A program made the position numbers and the translations under genes. The notes beneath the pieces were generated by a model. That model made no database searches. It worked only from the letters and a program-made list of their open reading frames with translations, and was not told where the DNA came from. Source: a virus (lineage: Duplodnaviria; Caudoviricetes). From it: a stretch of DNA of 59,940 nucleotides. The DNA lies in IMG/VR virus record IMGVR_UViG_3300027908_000028, positions 1 to 59,940 of that record; one strand, written 5' to 3'. Of this stretch, positions 36,583 to 47,191 are shown piece by piece; position 1 is the stretch's first letter, and each line of letters opens with the position of its first letter.

Positions 36583-37640
36583 GTGGATCTCGACTCGACG
36601 GCGCATTCAGCTCGACGGACGTTCGCGATCTATTCGCCGCACCGGGTACCGATACGCGGCAGTGGATCTCGATCGGTTGGGTGCAGTCCGATTCCGAGGA
36701 TGGCCATTCCGTTGCTTTCCAAGACGAGAACGGCACACCGCTTCCCAATGGCGTGCGCGTGATGGTGAAACTCGAGCCGTCCGGGTACATCGTGCCTTGC
36801 ATGGTCGGCTCACACGTCTCGGGTGTGGGCGAGTCGGAATATCACCCGATGGGACCGGGCGACATCGTGCTCGTTGCCATCCCTCAAGGCGATGAGCGCG
36901 CCGGGTGCGTGATCATCTGCCGCATCAGCCTCTCGCAGGACACGTTCCCGCAGACCGTTGCGGGAATGGACATCACTCAGAACAACGTCAACTTCAAGCG
37001 CATGTCTCTTCCCTACGTCCTCGAGACGGCGGGCAGCTACTTGATCCGGCACGCGCTTACGGGCGCATCGTGGTCGATCGATCCGTCAGGAAACATCATC
37101 TTCACCGACGGCGAGGGAAATAGCCTCTCGCTCACGCAATCGGTCATCTCCCTCGGAGAGGTGACCAACACGGCGCTTCTCCAGATCGATCCTGCGAAGC
37201 TCACTGTCGCGCTCCAGTCGGGTGCGACATCGCTCGTCTTGGATGACACGGGACAGTCCACGGGCACACCGGGCGTAACCCTCATGACGGGCGGATCGTT
37301 CAACCTCCTGACCTCGGGGGGAGGCTACGCAGCGGGGCACGCAGTCACTCTCGAGCAAGTCCTCAACCTGATCCAAGTCCTCATGTTCGCGATCGCGAGC
37401 AATGCGACGTCGCCCCCAGCGCTCATCTCTTGGCTTGCGAACTGGCTAACCCCCGCGGCACTCGGAGTCCTTGTGCAATCTGCGGCGGAAGGCGTCTCGA
37501 TGCCTCCACTCCCCGCTTCTCCGACCCCCCTTCCGCTCTCCCCCGCCATCACGGCTGCCATTGCAGCGGGACTCGCGGGACAGGTGCCCGATCCGACGGG
37601 ATCTCTGCCTGGAATTGGGCGCACGGGCTTTCTCTACTGA
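36579..37640 (+). CDS. baseplate central spike (gpV-like)
   Basis: OB-fold-like P..GDIVLVAIPQGD, followed by beta-repeat region. Confidence 0.72.
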   Translation: MSGSRLDGAFSSTDVRDLFAAPGTDTRQWISIGWVQSDSEDGHSVAFQDENGTPLPNGVRVMVKLEPSGYIVPCMVGSHVSGVGESEYHPMGPGDIVLVAIPQGDERAGCVIICRISLSQDTFPQTVAGMDITQNNVNFKRMSLPYVLETAGSYLIRHALTGASWSIDPSGNIIFTDGEGNSLSLTQSVISLGEVTNTALLQIDPAKLTVALQSGATSLVLDDTGQSTGTPGVTLMTGGSFNLLTSGGGYAAGHAVTLEQVLNLIQVLMFAIASNATSPPALISWLANWLTPAALGVLVQSAAEGVSMPPLPASPTPLPLSPAITAAIAAGLAGQVPDPTGSLPGIGRTGFLY

Positions 37641-37660
37641 TCGAAAGTCGACTTTCGGTC
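37639..37660. repeat. 22-bp palindrome copy 6 (1 mismatch)
   Basis: GATCGAAAGTCGACTTTCGGTC overlapping the spike TGA. Confidence 0.95.
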
Positions 37661-37709
37661 CTAGGTCCTGTTCACCTAACCGAAGCTCGGTTAGAGTGAA
37701 GACCCGAAC

Positions 37710-38072
37710 ATGGCGAATCTGCCTCCGTCACCGCCGGGCTTTCCGGGTGGAGTTCCGGGAAGCAACCTTCCCCAGAACTTTCCCCAGCCGGGGACAGTGG
37801 GAGGCGGAGGCATTTCGGCAGGGGTCTCGTTTCCCTCGACTCCGAAGGCGTCGATCTGCGGATTCTCGCTTGGACTGCCCACGTTCAAGTTCGGATTCAA
37901 ACTTCCCTCGATCCAGTTTCCCCCGGCACTTCCCATCCCGTTCATCCACTTCAAGCTCTCGTGCAAGCTCCCCAACCCGGTCGACGTCACTGCGGGCTTG
38001 AACATGCCCTACGGCGGTGGGCGAGAGAACAACGCAGGTGTCGATCCTGACGACTTCTCCGAGGCCGCATGA
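37710..38072 (+). CDS. Pro/Phe-rich baseplate-region protein
   Basis: 120 aa ORF coupled to next gene. Confidence 0.55.
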   Translation: MANLPPSPPGFPGGVPGSNLPQNFPQPGTVGGGGISAGVSFPSTPKASICGFSLGLPTFKFGFKLPSIQFPPALPIPFIHFKLSCKLPNPVDVTAGLNMPYGGGRENNAGVDPDDFSEAA

Positions 38073-39382
38073 CCGTTGAACAGTTTGCGAACCTGGCATC
38101 TTCTACGCTCGTCGGAGCCATCTCCTCGGGAGTCACGTCACTGACGATCGCGACTCCATCTTCGTTTCCGACGGTGCCTCAGTTCCGCATTGTCGTCGAC
38201 AACGAGATCATGCTTGTGACGGGAGTCTCGGGGCTCAACTTCACGGTCACGCGCGGAGCCGAAGGAACGACGGCGGCGGCACACGTCGCAGGTGCGACCG
38301 TGACGTGCGTGCTCACGGTGGCTTCGCTTCTCGCAGCGATCCAGCAATCCGCTGCGGTCTTCGGCACGGCTGCCAATCGGCCTGCGCCTACCGGCTCCGG
38401 GAAGATCTATTACGTGACCGACGTTCCGAACGTCGTCTACATCGATTCGACGGCAACGAGCACGTGGCAACAGATCGTCAACGGCGAGTACACCATTCCG
38501 GCTCCGCCCGTGAGCGCTGCCACGCTTGTTGGAAAGCTCGGAGTCACTCAGCTCGCGGATGTGCTCCGTGCATCGAGCTACAAAAACGAGTTCGAAGTCG
38601 CGAACTGCTGTCTCTGGCCCCAGTCGCTTCCGGGCAATACCCGATGGTCGGTCACACTCGTTGCTTCCATGTCCTTCGCGGACATAAGTGGCTATCCCGA
38701 AGTCGATGTCGTCATCGCGAATGGCGTGACAGCCGGGACATCGAACGCGTACGCCATGGGCGCGTACGCATCGGGTGGTGTCGCGGGACTCTCGGGGAAT
38801 CAATTCACTGTCGCAGGGATCCGCAACGGAGGCGCTCCCTACAATCAGCAGTCCGATGCCGTGAGCAAGATGATGAACGGCTCGCCGCTCCTTCATCTTC
38901 GATTGCTCAACGACGGCACCAACCTCTACATGCAGCAGTCGAATGACGGCTACACATGGAACACGTGGTGGGCGCTCATCAATCCCGGCACGATGTCGTA
39001 CTACGGGTTCCAGGTCGGTCAGTCGGCCAACGCGAGCGGGTACACGATCACCAATGCGATGATCTATGAATGCCTCTACGAGGGGAGCGCAGCTGTCTTG
39101 CAAACGGCGCTGACGGGCTTCAGCGGAGCAACGCTTGGCACAACCCTCACGGTTGCAAGCACGACGGGGTTTCAGACGGGGGATTACGTCGGTATCGCAG
39201 GCGTCACGGGCACTGGCGGGACACTTCCCAATTCGGCAGTCAATGGCGGCACGCAGCCGGGGGCCACGGGGAGCGCGGCATTCACGGTCGAAGTCATCGA
39301 TCAAACGCACCTCTTCATCGCCGGGGTCGACTTCACTGGAACATACGCATCGGGCGGTACCGTGACGCTCGTTGGGCGGTGA
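38069..39382 (+). CDS. putative tail fibre / receptor-binding protein
   Basis: IVVDNEIM.VT......VTRGAEGT.AAAH.AGA domain, GT.ANRP motif, lectin-like aromatic region. Confidence 0.7.
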   Translation: MTVEQFANLASSTLVGAISSGVTSLTIATPSSFPTVPQFRIVVDNEIMLVTGVSGLNFTVTRGAEGTTAAAHVAGATVTCVLTVASLLAAIQQSAAVFGTAANRPAPTGSGKIYYVTDVPNVVYIDSTATSTWQQIVNGEYTIPAPPVSAATLVGKLGVTQLADVLRASSYKNEFEVANCCLWPQSLPGNTRWSVTLVASMSFADISGYPEVDVVIANGVTAGTSNAYAMGAYASGGVAGLSGNQFTVAGIRNGGAPYNQQSDAVSKMMNGSPLLHLRLLNDGTNLYMQQSNDGYTWNTWWALINPGTMSYYGFQVGQSANASGYTITNAMIYECLYEGSAAVLQTALTGFSGATLGTTLTVASTTGFQTGDYVGIAGVTGTGGTLPNSAVNGGTQPGATGSAAFTVEVIDQTHLFIAGVDFTGTYASGGTVTLVGR

Positions 39383-39389
39383 GACGACC

Positions 39390-40304
39390 ATGGGGCTCAT
39401 CGGCGGAGAGCTTGGTCGCATCGCGCTCGGCGACTTCGAGCTAGGCGGAGCCCCAAGTCTTGTCGTTCTCTCTGCGCTCGCCATCGCGGAGAACGTCGTT
39501 CAGATCCAGTTCAACCTTCCCGTCTACTACTCGGGTCTCCAAGATCCACCCGACTCTTCGAACTCCGATCTCTACACGCTCACACCCGTCGCGGGGACAG
39601 TGGGCTACGACGGCAACCCGACACGTCCGGTCAGCGTCGCATCCGTTGCTGTCTCTCTGGCGGGACAGACGCTCCCGGCGAATGCCATCGCGGGCACATG
39701 CCTCGATCTCACGCTTGATCGTCCCATGACGCCGTTCCCTTCGCAGTATGTGATCTCCGCAGAGGGACTCTTCTCCGCCGATCTTGGAGAGGCGCTGAGC
39801 GGATCGATGAACAGTGCGCAGCTCTTCGGTCTGTTCAAGGGACTCATCCCTGCGAGCGTCGAGCTGCCCACTCCCACACGCGATTTCTCCAACCCGCAAT
39901 CGCTGGCAGCGGCGCAGAGTAACCTTCCCGTTCCAAGTAACCCGTCTTTCCTTGGTGTCTTCAGTGTCGACGATACGGGCGACTACGCATTCGACTCGGG
40001 AATGATCTCGTTCAAGAAGCGCGTCTACAGGCGCCTCATCACTAACCCTGGTGGCTTCCTCCACCTTGGGCAGAGCTACGGAGTTGGTATCCCGGCGCAG
40101 GGCAAGAAGCTTGCACGTGCCGCCGTCGTGCAAGCGCTCGCGGGCGCGGCAGAGAGTCAGATCGGACAAGAGCCCGAGACTCAAGCCGTCAAGGTGCTTG
40201 TCGCGCTCGATCCGAACAACCCCGGGCTCGTTCGATTCAACATCGCGATTCAGACCAAGGGTGGTCAGAGTCAGAAGTACAGCGCGCCGTTCCAAGCGGG
40301 ATGA
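39390..40304 (+). CDS. baseplate wedge protein (Ig-like plus gp25/gpW-like domain)
   Basis: RRLIT.PGGF.HL...YGVG; directly before baseplate J. Confidence 0.65.
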   Translation: MGLIGGELGRIALGDFELGGAPSLVVLSALAIAENVVQIQFNLPVYYSGLQDPPDSSNSDLYTLTPVAGTVGYDGNPTRPVSVASVAVSLAGQTLPANAIAGTCLDLTLDRPMTPFPSQYVISAEGLFSADLGEALSGSMNSAQLFGLFKGLIPASVELPTPTRDFSNPQSLAAAQSNLPVPSNPSFLGVFSVDDTGDYAFDSGMISFKKRVYRRLITNPGGFLHLGQSYGVGIPAQGKKLARAAVVQALAGAAESQIGQEPETQAVKVLVALDPNNPGLVRFNIAIQTKGGQSQKYSAPFQAG

Positions 40305-40307
40305 CTC

Positions 40308-41417
40308 ATGGCCGATCTACCCACGCGACTCGACCTTTTCTCCCTTGGTGCGGATTACCTCAATCAACGGGCGACCAAGATCGATCCGTCCCAAGTCTTC
40401 GTGCTCGGGAGCGATGCAAACATCTTCGTTGGATCGCAGAGCGTTGTTGCAGACACGATTACCAAGCAGCTCGCGTACTCCTTCGCTCGTCTCTACCTCG
40501 ATGGTGCGACGGGGGATGATCTCGATCGCCTCGCCTTCGATCGATATGGCCTGACGCGCAAGGGTGCATCCGCGGCACTCGGCGCGGTCACCTTCACGCG
40601 CGCGACCTTCGCAGCGGGCGGGGGAAGCATCCCGCTTGGTACGATCCTCACAACGCAGACGGGAGTTCAATACATCACAACGACGGTAGCTACTTTCGGC
40701 AACAGTTCGCTCGGTCCCGCCTTCGCGAACGTGCGCGCGGTGCAAGCTGGGAAGATCTCGCAGGTCGGCGCGAATGCCATCAACGGCTTCGCCACGGCGT
40801 CCGCGCTCTTCGATCCGAGCATCTCCGTGATCAACCCACTGACGACGGCGGGTGGTGAGGATGCGGAAGACGACGACACGTTCCGATCACGCGTCCGCGA
40901 CTTCTGGAACACTGCACGACGTGGAGTGCTTGCGGCTATCGAGCAAGGAGCGCTCACTGTCCCGGGTGTCGTTAGCGCGCAAGCAGTCGAAGTGCTCTCT
41001 GGCCTCGGTCAACCCGCGCGTGTGGTCAATCTCTACATCTCCGACTCGAGTGGCGTTGCCTCGGTGCAGCTCGGTTCTCAGGTGCTCGCGGCTCTCTACG
41101 ACTACAGAGCGGCAGGGATCGCGGTCATTCTCTCGACGTCGATTCCGCTCATCGTTCCGATCCATCTTTCTCTGAGCTTTCAGGCAGGGATCGATACCGC
41201 GGCTCTGTCGACACTCGTCCAGGCAGCGATCTTCAGCTACGTGAACTCACTCCCCGTCAACGGCACGCTACTTCTCTCGGGGCTCTACACTGTCCTTCAG
41301 CGCTTCACGAGCAACGGACTCATTGTCTCCCAAGGAAGCATCATCTCTCCGGCCGGCGATCTGACTCCTCCCATCGGACAGACCATTCGCACCACACTGG
41401 CCTCGATCACTTACTGA
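40308..41417 (+). CDS. baseplate J-like protein
   Basis: ATGDDLDRLA..YGLTRK.A..A.G.VTF, IP.GT, GGEDAEDDDTFRSR, VPGV. Confidence 0.9.
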   Translation: MADLPTRLDLFSLGADYLNQRATKIDPSQVFVLGSDANIFVGSQSVVADTITKQLAYSFARLYLDGATGDDLDRLAFDRYGLTRKGASAALGAVTFTRATFAAGGGSIPLGTILTTQTGVQYITTTVATFGNSSLGPAFANVRAVQAGKISQVGANAINGFATASALFDPSISVINPLTTAGGEDAEDDDTFRSRVRDFWNTARRGVLAAIEQGALTVPGVVSAQAVEVLSGLGQPARVVNLYISDSSGVASVQLGSQVLAALYDYRAAGIAVILSTSIPLIVPIHLSLSFQAGIDTAALSTLVQAAIFSYVNSLPVNGTLLLSGLYTVLQRFTSNGLIVSQGSIISPAGDLTPPIGQTIRTTLASITY

Positions 41418-41425
41418 GTTGCGCG

Positions 41426-43606
41426 ATGGCCGACGACTCGAAAAGCGGACCCCTGACGGTCGACGATCTCGTTGCGGTGTGGACCGCAGCGGTGGATCCG
41501 AGCTACGGACAGGCGTTCATCCAAGCAGGTGAGGGCGGAGGCTTCGAGGCGTATACGCAGGGCTTCGCGCAGTTCGCGCGCGTGTCCCAGGCCATCGACA
41601 TCACCTCGCAGGCTCAGTACATCCTGCCGTCCAGCGCGCAGACCAACGCGCCTGCGATGGGAGAGAACCTTGCGACAGTCACTCTCTCAATCTCGCGCAC
41701 GCTCTACCTCGACAGGCCTCTCGTCATCGGCGCAGGGCTCATCTATTTCCAAGAAGTCGCAAGTGACTGGAGTCCGACGGGACCGACACCCATTCTGACC
41801 GGGCGCCTCTACACGCTCGAAGAAGATCTCGTCTTCCTTCCCGGCGACTCGGGACCTTTCCTCGTGACAGCTGTCGCCGCGGGTCCAGGGTGGGGCTACA
41901 ACAATCCGCAGATCGGGACCATCACGAACATCGTGCAGGTGGGATCGGGCTTCAACAACGATCTGGCGACCGTGACGGATGTGGTCACCGCGACGTCGAT
42001 CATCGTCTCGGTCATTTCGCAGAATGAGCCCGACACCTTCGTCCCCGAGCACATCGGGCAATACATGCTCTTCACGGCGGGCAACAACGCCGGGATCATG
42101 GCGCGCATCATCGGATTCGAGCCGCCTAACCCACCCGTCGCCGGCTCGACCGTGCAGCTCGAGGACTTCGTGTCCGTCGAAGCGTTCAGCGCTATCACGG
42201 GCACCTTCCAAGTCGGCGAGCAAGTCCAGATCAAAAGTGGTGCGACGATCGTAGGGACGGGGCTTCTCAAGGCCGCTCGTGCGGGTGCAGCAGGGCACAC
42301 CAAGATCGGATTCGTGCTCGTCTCCGGTGCGGTCTCTGTCGGAAACACGGTTCACGGAGTCGTTTCCACGGCATCGGCGACTGTGAGCTTCATCCATGCC
42401 GATCCGGCGTTCGTCTCGGAAGCACCTACGGGAAACGTCGGAGGAGCAACATGGGATGTTCTTGATTGGGTCAACGATCTCGGAGTCGTTGTCACCAATA
42501 CCGAACAACCGTCCGGCGGCACGCTCGGAATCCTCGATGCCATTGGTGCTGATCGAAACATCCCTCGTCTGCCGGACGAGACGGACTCCGCGTACCGGAT
42601 CCGGATCTGGCAGATCGCCGACGTGGTGACTCCGAATGCCATCATTCGCGCACTCAATCGGTTGCTAGGTGTCATCCCCTTCTGTTTCCGCGAAGTCGGC
42701 ACGCCGCTTCTCCCTGGCTTCTTCTACGACGGGAACAATCAGTCATCGCTCCAGGTCAACGGCACTTTCACACCGGACGCGTATGACTATGACGTGCTCC
42801 TTTTTCCAGGCACGACGACGAGCGGACAGTTTGCGCCCTGGCCTGTCGTTCCTGGGCTTCAGGGCACCTTCGATGTGACCAACGGAAGCGTCACGGTGCC
42901 CACGACGGCCAATCAAGTAGGCATCGTGTCGGCGGGAGATCAGATCGAGTTCTGGTCTCAACCTGGCATCTTCTACACCGTGCTCGGTGTCGGCTCTTCT
43001 GACATCCTCCTGACGACGGTCTATTCAGGGGTCAACAACACCGCTGCATTGGCGTCGGACATCTCACTCCCGCTCATTGGAAGCACCTACGCGGGCGGGG
43101 GCTTCCAAGAGCCCGTCCAGTATCGCGACGCGTCGGGCAACGTGAAGGCTACGGGGTACCTCGGAAGAATTGCGAGTGGCGTCTTCACGATGATCCGCAA
43201 GTCCGGGCAGGGCTCTCTCGCGAGTCCTGTGGAGTGGGCATCGGGCGACGTCATCGTGGGACTCATCTCGGGAGGAGTGTGGACCACCTCGAGCAACACG
43301 CCGGTCACGACTCCCGCGCAGTTCCGCGAGCATCTCTATCTCGACTACACCGACTTTCGCGCGATGTTCCTCATCGGCGTCCCACGCGTCTCGTATGGCG
43401 AGTTTGGATTCGCGTGGGCAGGGTTGCCCGCGGGCGGACCGGGATCGGAGTTCGGCGCGTACGACGTCGCTTCGATCGACAACTTCTACGACGGCTTCGC
43501 AGTCGGAGCCTCGACGCTCTACCTCAGCGTCTACAATCAGATCAACCGCATCCGGGCAGGTGGAGTTACATTCGATCTCTACATCGAAGACGGTAGCTGT
43601 ACCTGA
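41426..43606 (+). CDS. large baseplate wedge protein (gpI-like core with insertions)
   Basis: LDAIGADRNIPRLPDETDSAYRIRI; C-terminal INRIRAGGV. Confidence 0.7.
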   Translation: MADDSKSGPLTVDDLVAVWTAAVDPSYGQAFIQAGEGGGFEAYTQGFAQFARVSQAIDITSQAQYILPSSAQTNAPAMGENLATVTLSISRTLYLDRPLVIGAGLIYFQEVASDWSPTGPTPILTGRLYTLEEDLVFLPGDSGPFLVTAVAAGPGWGYNNPQIGTITNIVQVGSGFNNDLATVTDVVTATSIIVSVISQNEPDTFVPEHIGQYMLFTAGNNAGIMARIIGFEPPNPPVAGSTVQLEDFVSVEAFSAITGTFQVGEQVQIKSGATIVGTGLLKAARAGAAGHTKIGFVLVSGAVSVGNTVHGVVSTASATVSFIHADPAFVSEAPTGNVGGATWDVLDWVNDLGVVVTNTEQPSGGTLGILDAIGADRNIPRLPDETDSAYRIRIWQIADVVTPNAIIRALNRLLGVIPFCFREVGTPLLPGFFYDGNNQSSLQVNGTFTPDAYDYDVLLFPGTTTSGQFAPWPVVPGLQGTFDVTNGSVTVPTTANQVGIVSAGDQIEFWSQPGIFYTVLGVGSSDILLTTVYSGVNNTAALASDISLPLIGSTYAGGGFQEPVQYRDASGNVKATGYLGRIASGVFTMIRKSGQGSLASPVEWASGDVIVGLISGGVWTTSSNTPVTTPAQFREHLYLDYTDFRAMFLIGVPRVSYGEFGFAWAGLPAGGPGSEFGAYDVASIDNFYDGFAVGASTLYLSVYNQINRIRAGGVTFDLYIEDGSCT

Positions 43607-43626
43607 CCGAAAGTCGACTTTCGTTC
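43605..43626. repeat. 22-bp palindrome copy 7 (1 mismatch)
   Basis: GACCGAAAGTCGACTTTCGTTC overlapping the upstream TGA. Confidence 0.93.
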
Positions 43627-43646
43627 ATTCATAGGAGACGCACACC

Positions 43647-45320
43647 ATGGCCGGCGGACAGAAGAACGTAACGATCAACACTCAAGAGCGCGCGGTCTCT
43701 GTCGACATCAATCGACTCCAGTCCTTCATGAACGCGAGCCAAGCTGAGGCCATGCGTTACCTGATGGACGCGTCTCTCGGATCCGACGATCTGGGTGCGG
43801 GCGGCGTCATCACGGAATACAGCACGCTCAACACACCACTGCAGGCGGAGATCTTGAACGGCATTCAGGTCCAGCCTCAGATCGGATCGCTCAACATCAT
43901 TATCGCTCCGGGTGTCGTGCAGGCCATTGCTCCGGACGGAAGTGAAACACCCGTCGGCTCCCCGGCACTCGGTGACTCGAGCTACTACAAGTACATCCGT
44001 GACGTCGGAGTTCAGACGCTCGGTGCGCTCGCGATGACGCCTAACAGCTCCGGTCAGATCCGGATCGACGTGATCGAGTGTCAGGTTGCAAGCCTTGTCT
44101 CCGAGACCGACAACCGCGACGTCTTCAATCCGTCGACTGGACTCTTCGCAGCGTCAACCGTGACCAAGGCCACCCAAGACGGGCTCTCCTACCGCGTACG
44201 CGCGGGCACACCGGGGAGCGGATTCCCCGGAAGCGTCAACGGTTGGCTCCCCCTGGCCGTTGCGAGCGTTCCGACGGGCACGACCACCAACGACACGATC
44301 ACGTTCTGGGACGTGCGTCCGCTCGTTTCGGCGCGCATCATTCCTCCGTTCAATACGTACCTCAGCACTATCAGCCGTCAGCACGTCACGGGGCGAGTCG
44401 ACTCCACGACGACCGCAGGCAAGTCGCTTCTGATGGCAGCGATGGACGTTCCTGGGATCTTTCCCAGCTCGACACGGCTTGGAGGAGCGTCCGGACGAGG
44501 AACCCCGGGATCGGACATCGGTGGTACACAAGTCGATCTCCAAGATACGGCGAACGTGTCCGGGACGTTCTCCACGGGAGCACCTTGCTACCTCTACTTG
44601 CTCGAGCCGTTCGGACTCCCGCGGTGGGCGCGCTACACCGATGCAGTCAGCGGATCTCGCCTCCCACGCAGTCCACGCGGCATTCTCGTTCTGTCGGCGA
44701 CCAAGCCTACATACAGCGGGATCCCCAGTGCGCCCATTGCGCTTCCGTCTTCGACGGGACTCGCTGGCACGGCGTCATCCGGAGTCTGCGTCGTCGCCGG
44801 ATTCGCCGTCTCGGGCTCGGGTGGGATGGGCAACATCATCATGGATGGCCGCGTGCAGTGGCCATCCACTCCTTGGCCGTCTGCCGCGGGAGCAACGGGC
44901 GCGATCACCGGCACAACGGGTGTCATCTGGAGTCTCGCCGAGAACACAACGCATCCCCCGAATGCGCGCGGGCTTCACATCGGCATCGGAGCAAACCTCA
45001 ACATCTCGGGCTCACCTCCGGCGCTTCTCTTCAATCCTCAGATCCAACTTCAAGACGCGTCCAATCACGTTTTCTGGGAGTCGGGTTACAGCTCGGCGTC
45101 GACTCTATCCGCGATGGCCTTCACGCTTTACGACACGCCCACGTCCACGGGTGGCATCGTGAGCTTCTCGGCGCGTCTGCGGATCCCGCTCATCTCGGAC
45201 TTCCCTTCGCCGTCCGGAGGCCCGTACCAACTCGTTCTCAATTGGAACGCAACGGGCTCCGGATTTGCCGGAGTCGGTTCACCCGCGCTTCTTTGGGTCG
45301 AGGGCTACGAGCTGAACTAG
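43647..45320 (+). CDS. tail fibre-associated protein
   Basis: RIDVI, GWLPLA...VP, I...D.RP anchor-type motifs; last gene of the tail operon. Confidence 0.65.
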   Translation: MAGGQKNVTINTQERAVSVDINRLQSFMNASQAEAMRYLMDASLGSDDLGAGGVITEYSTLNTPLQAEILNGIQVQPQIGSLNIIIAPGVVQAIAPDGSETPVGSPALGDSSYYKYIRDVGVQTLGALAMTPNSSGQIRIDVIECQVASLVSETDNRDVFNPSTGLFAASTVTKATQDGLSYRVRAGTPGSGFPGSVNGWLPLAVASVPTGTTTNDTITFWDVRPLVSARIIPPFNTYLSTISRQHVTGRVDSTTTAGKSLLMAAMDVPGIFPSSTRLGGASGRGTPGSDIGGTQVDLQDTANVSGTFSTGAPCYLYLLEPFGLPRWARYTDAVSGSRLPRSPRGILVLSATKPTYSGIPSAPIALPSSTGLAGTASSGVCVVAGFAVSGSGGMGNIIMDGRVQWPSTPWPSAAGATGAITGTTGVIWSLAENTTHPPNARGLHIGIGANLNISGSPPALLFNPQIQLQDASNHVFWESGYSSASTLSAMAFTLYDTPTSTGGIVSFSARLRIPLISDFPSPSGGPYQLVLNWNATGSGFAGVGSPALLWVEGYELN

Positions 45321-45327
45321 CTCGCGT

Positions 45328-45675
45328 CTAGACCGTCGGGCGTTTTCGTTTCGAGCTGGTTCCCACGATATTGCGTAGCTCATCCAACACATCCCAAAGC
45401 ACCTTGTCGGGGATGTCATCGGCATCTGCGGAATCGTCCCATGCAAGTAGGAGCCGCACCTTGCCAAGAACCTTGTCTAGCGTACCCATTGCGCCGAGTA
45501 CGTCTCCACGGTGCGTATCGAAGTAGGTGCGCAGGGTCTTCATGGCTTCGTCTGCATTCATGGTCTTTATCACTTCTCCAATCTTGCTACTGGCGTGTGA
45601 GCAGTCTCCTAGATCGTTACCGGCGCACGTCCCATCGCACACGAATTGATCCATCTTGACCTCCTTCGCGCGCAT
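45328..45675 (-). CDS. hypothetical protein
   Basis: ORF 45328..45717; TGATG coupling at 45675, or AAGGAG-led start near 45654. Confidence 0.55.
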   Translation of the reverse strand: MRAKEVKMDQFVCDGTCAGNDLGDCSHASSKIGEVIKTMNADEAMKTLRTYFDTHRGDVLGAMGTLDKVLGKVRLLLAWDDSADADDIPDKVLWDVLDELRNIVGTSSKRKRPTV

Positions 45676-45890
45676 CAGTTTCGCCCCGCTGCCTCGTCCG
45701 CGAGCCATCGCAGGCACGCTTCGGGGATGATCTGGGTCTCCGGCTCACCAGGGATCCTCACCTCGAAGACACAGTCTCCAGGGTAGACGAGCACGATTTC
45801 ACACATCGTCGGCTTGTCGATGTCGACGCCGCACACGACGTGACCCTGAAGTCGGATGAGGTCACCGGCCTTCAGGTTCATGCAGCCCAT
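45675..45890 (-). CDS. small SH3-like hypothetical protein
   Basis: GAGGA SD; LKAGDLIRL start. Confidence 0.55.
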   Translation of the reverse strand: MGCMNLKAGDLIRLQGHVVCGVDIDKPTMCEIVLVYPGDCVFEVRIPGEPETQIIPEACLRWLADEAAGRN

Positions 45891-45948
45891 ATCCTCTAGC
45901 GCGCACGTCGTCCAGCACGGTCCTGGTGTTGTTGCAGGTGTCGCACGG

Positions 45949-46107
45949 CTACCCCACCTGCACAGCGGTTACGTCCTCTGGCAGAGGGTCGATGCGCCGA
46001 CATTCGCCCTCGTGCCCCTTCAGCAGGTAGCAGCGCCACCAGTGTATGGCGTGGTTGGCAAGGTGGTCGCTGTGCAACTCCCGGCAGTACTTCTCGCTGA
46101 CGCCCAT
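45949..46107 (-). CDS. small Cys/His protein
   Basis: AAGGAGAGGA SD; C.L.KGHEG.C motif. Confidence 0.45.
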   Translation of the reverse strand: MGVSEKYCRELHSDHLANHAIHWWRCYLLKGHEGECRRIDPLPEDVTAVQVG

Positions 46108-46285
46108 CGTCCTCTCCTCCTTCGCGCGCACTAAATCCCTATGTTCCGAAGCCGCCCCGTTAGCCAGTCCGCGAGGCGCACGTGCCACGGATATCCCGGG
46201 CGGTCGAATCTTGTCGCATAGCGCTGACACCGTTTAGACAAGTTCATATGTTTCTCGGCAACTCAAAGCGCGCATTTCTCGGTGT

Positions 46286-46522
46286 CTATCTGTCGAGCAA
46301 TTTTCGGTGCGACGCGACCCTCGAAAGCAACTCGATCAGGTCGTCTATTGGGACGATAACTTCGTGGCGCCCCGCGTTGCTGCCGGATGTGTCGGCGATT
46401 GACACCTTCGCCGACTTCGGATCACCGTCAATCGAGTTGACTATGATGATGTCTGTCTCGGAGTCCCTCTCGTTGCCATGTACGGACACCGTCCACCTTC
46501 GCTCCACCACCTCGTTGATCAT
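46286..46522 (-). CDS. hypothetical protein
   Basis: AGGAG SD; 78 aa. Confidence 0.55.
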   Translation of the reverse strand: MINEVVERRWTVSVHGNERDSETDIIIVNSIDGDPKSAKVSIADTSGSNAGRHEVIVPIDDLIELLSRVASHRKLLDR

Positions 46523-46543
46523 CGAATTTCTCCTATTGGGGCC

Positions 46544-46738
46544 CTACTGACCCGGCTTCCCTTCCGTTTCAAGCAGCCACACCATCGCGGCTCCAAAGCA
46601 GAAGATCGCGATGGCGATACCGACTCCGCGAAGCGCCGGACCGCCCCACTCGTGGTCGTACGCGAGCGCGACGAGAACACTTGGACCGACCCCCAACATG
46701 GCGACCTTGGTCCAGCCCACCAATGCCTTCTGACTCAT
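46544..46738 (-). CDS. small two-TM membrane protein
   Basis: GGGGAG SD; two hydrophobic segments. Confidence 0.55.
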   Translation of the reverse strand: MSQKALVGWTKVAMLGVGPSVLVALAYDHEWGGPALRGVGIAIAIFCFGAAMVWLLETEGKPGQ

Positions 46739-47001
46739 CGTCGATTCTCCCCAGGAAACACCTTCGTGACCACTCGCCCTTGCTTGGTGTACACCTTGAC
46801 AGGTCCGCCCGTCGTGTCGGCCACAAGCTGAGCGAGCCGCGTGAACGCGCGCCGTACGCCGTCCCACACGCGAGAATCCTCGTCGTCCCGCCACGCGTGG
46901 CGAAGCTTCAGCGCCCCGCCTCCCCGCATCTTCGCCGCAACGTCGTAGCCTTGGAGCGGCAGACCACTGAGCGCTGCGTCTCGTATCTGTTCCTTTTTCA
47001 T
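46735..47001 (-). CDS. hypothetical protein
   Basis: AAGGA SD before MKKEQ. Confidence 0.55.
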   Translation of the reverse strand: MKKEQIRDAALSGLPLQGYDVAAKMRGGGALKLRHAWRDDEDSRVWDGVRRAFTRLAQLVADTTGGPVKVYTKQGRVVTKVFPGENRR

Positions 47002-47191
47002 GGACAATTCCTTTCGTCGCAAGGTGCCCTCGAACCGGGCTCGGTACCCGGACACTACCGGCGCGCCGTGTGTCTACGATCGCGTAGGCTCTTTACCGCT
47101 TCGTTCGGGGGCACCTTGCGACGGGGCACCCACGTGGGTGCCCGCGTCTCTATCGACACATGTCCAGTAGCGTCATTGCCTCCACACCCGG

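Noticed and set aside
38069-45320. Diversity-generating retroelement or invertible tail-fibre cassette
   Set aside because: No reverse transcriptase, TR/VR pair, invertase or flanking inverted repeats seen by eye
27081-45320. Tailocin or extracellular contractile injection system
   Set aside because: Portal, MuF, scaffold, capsid and replication genes are present, so this is a phage
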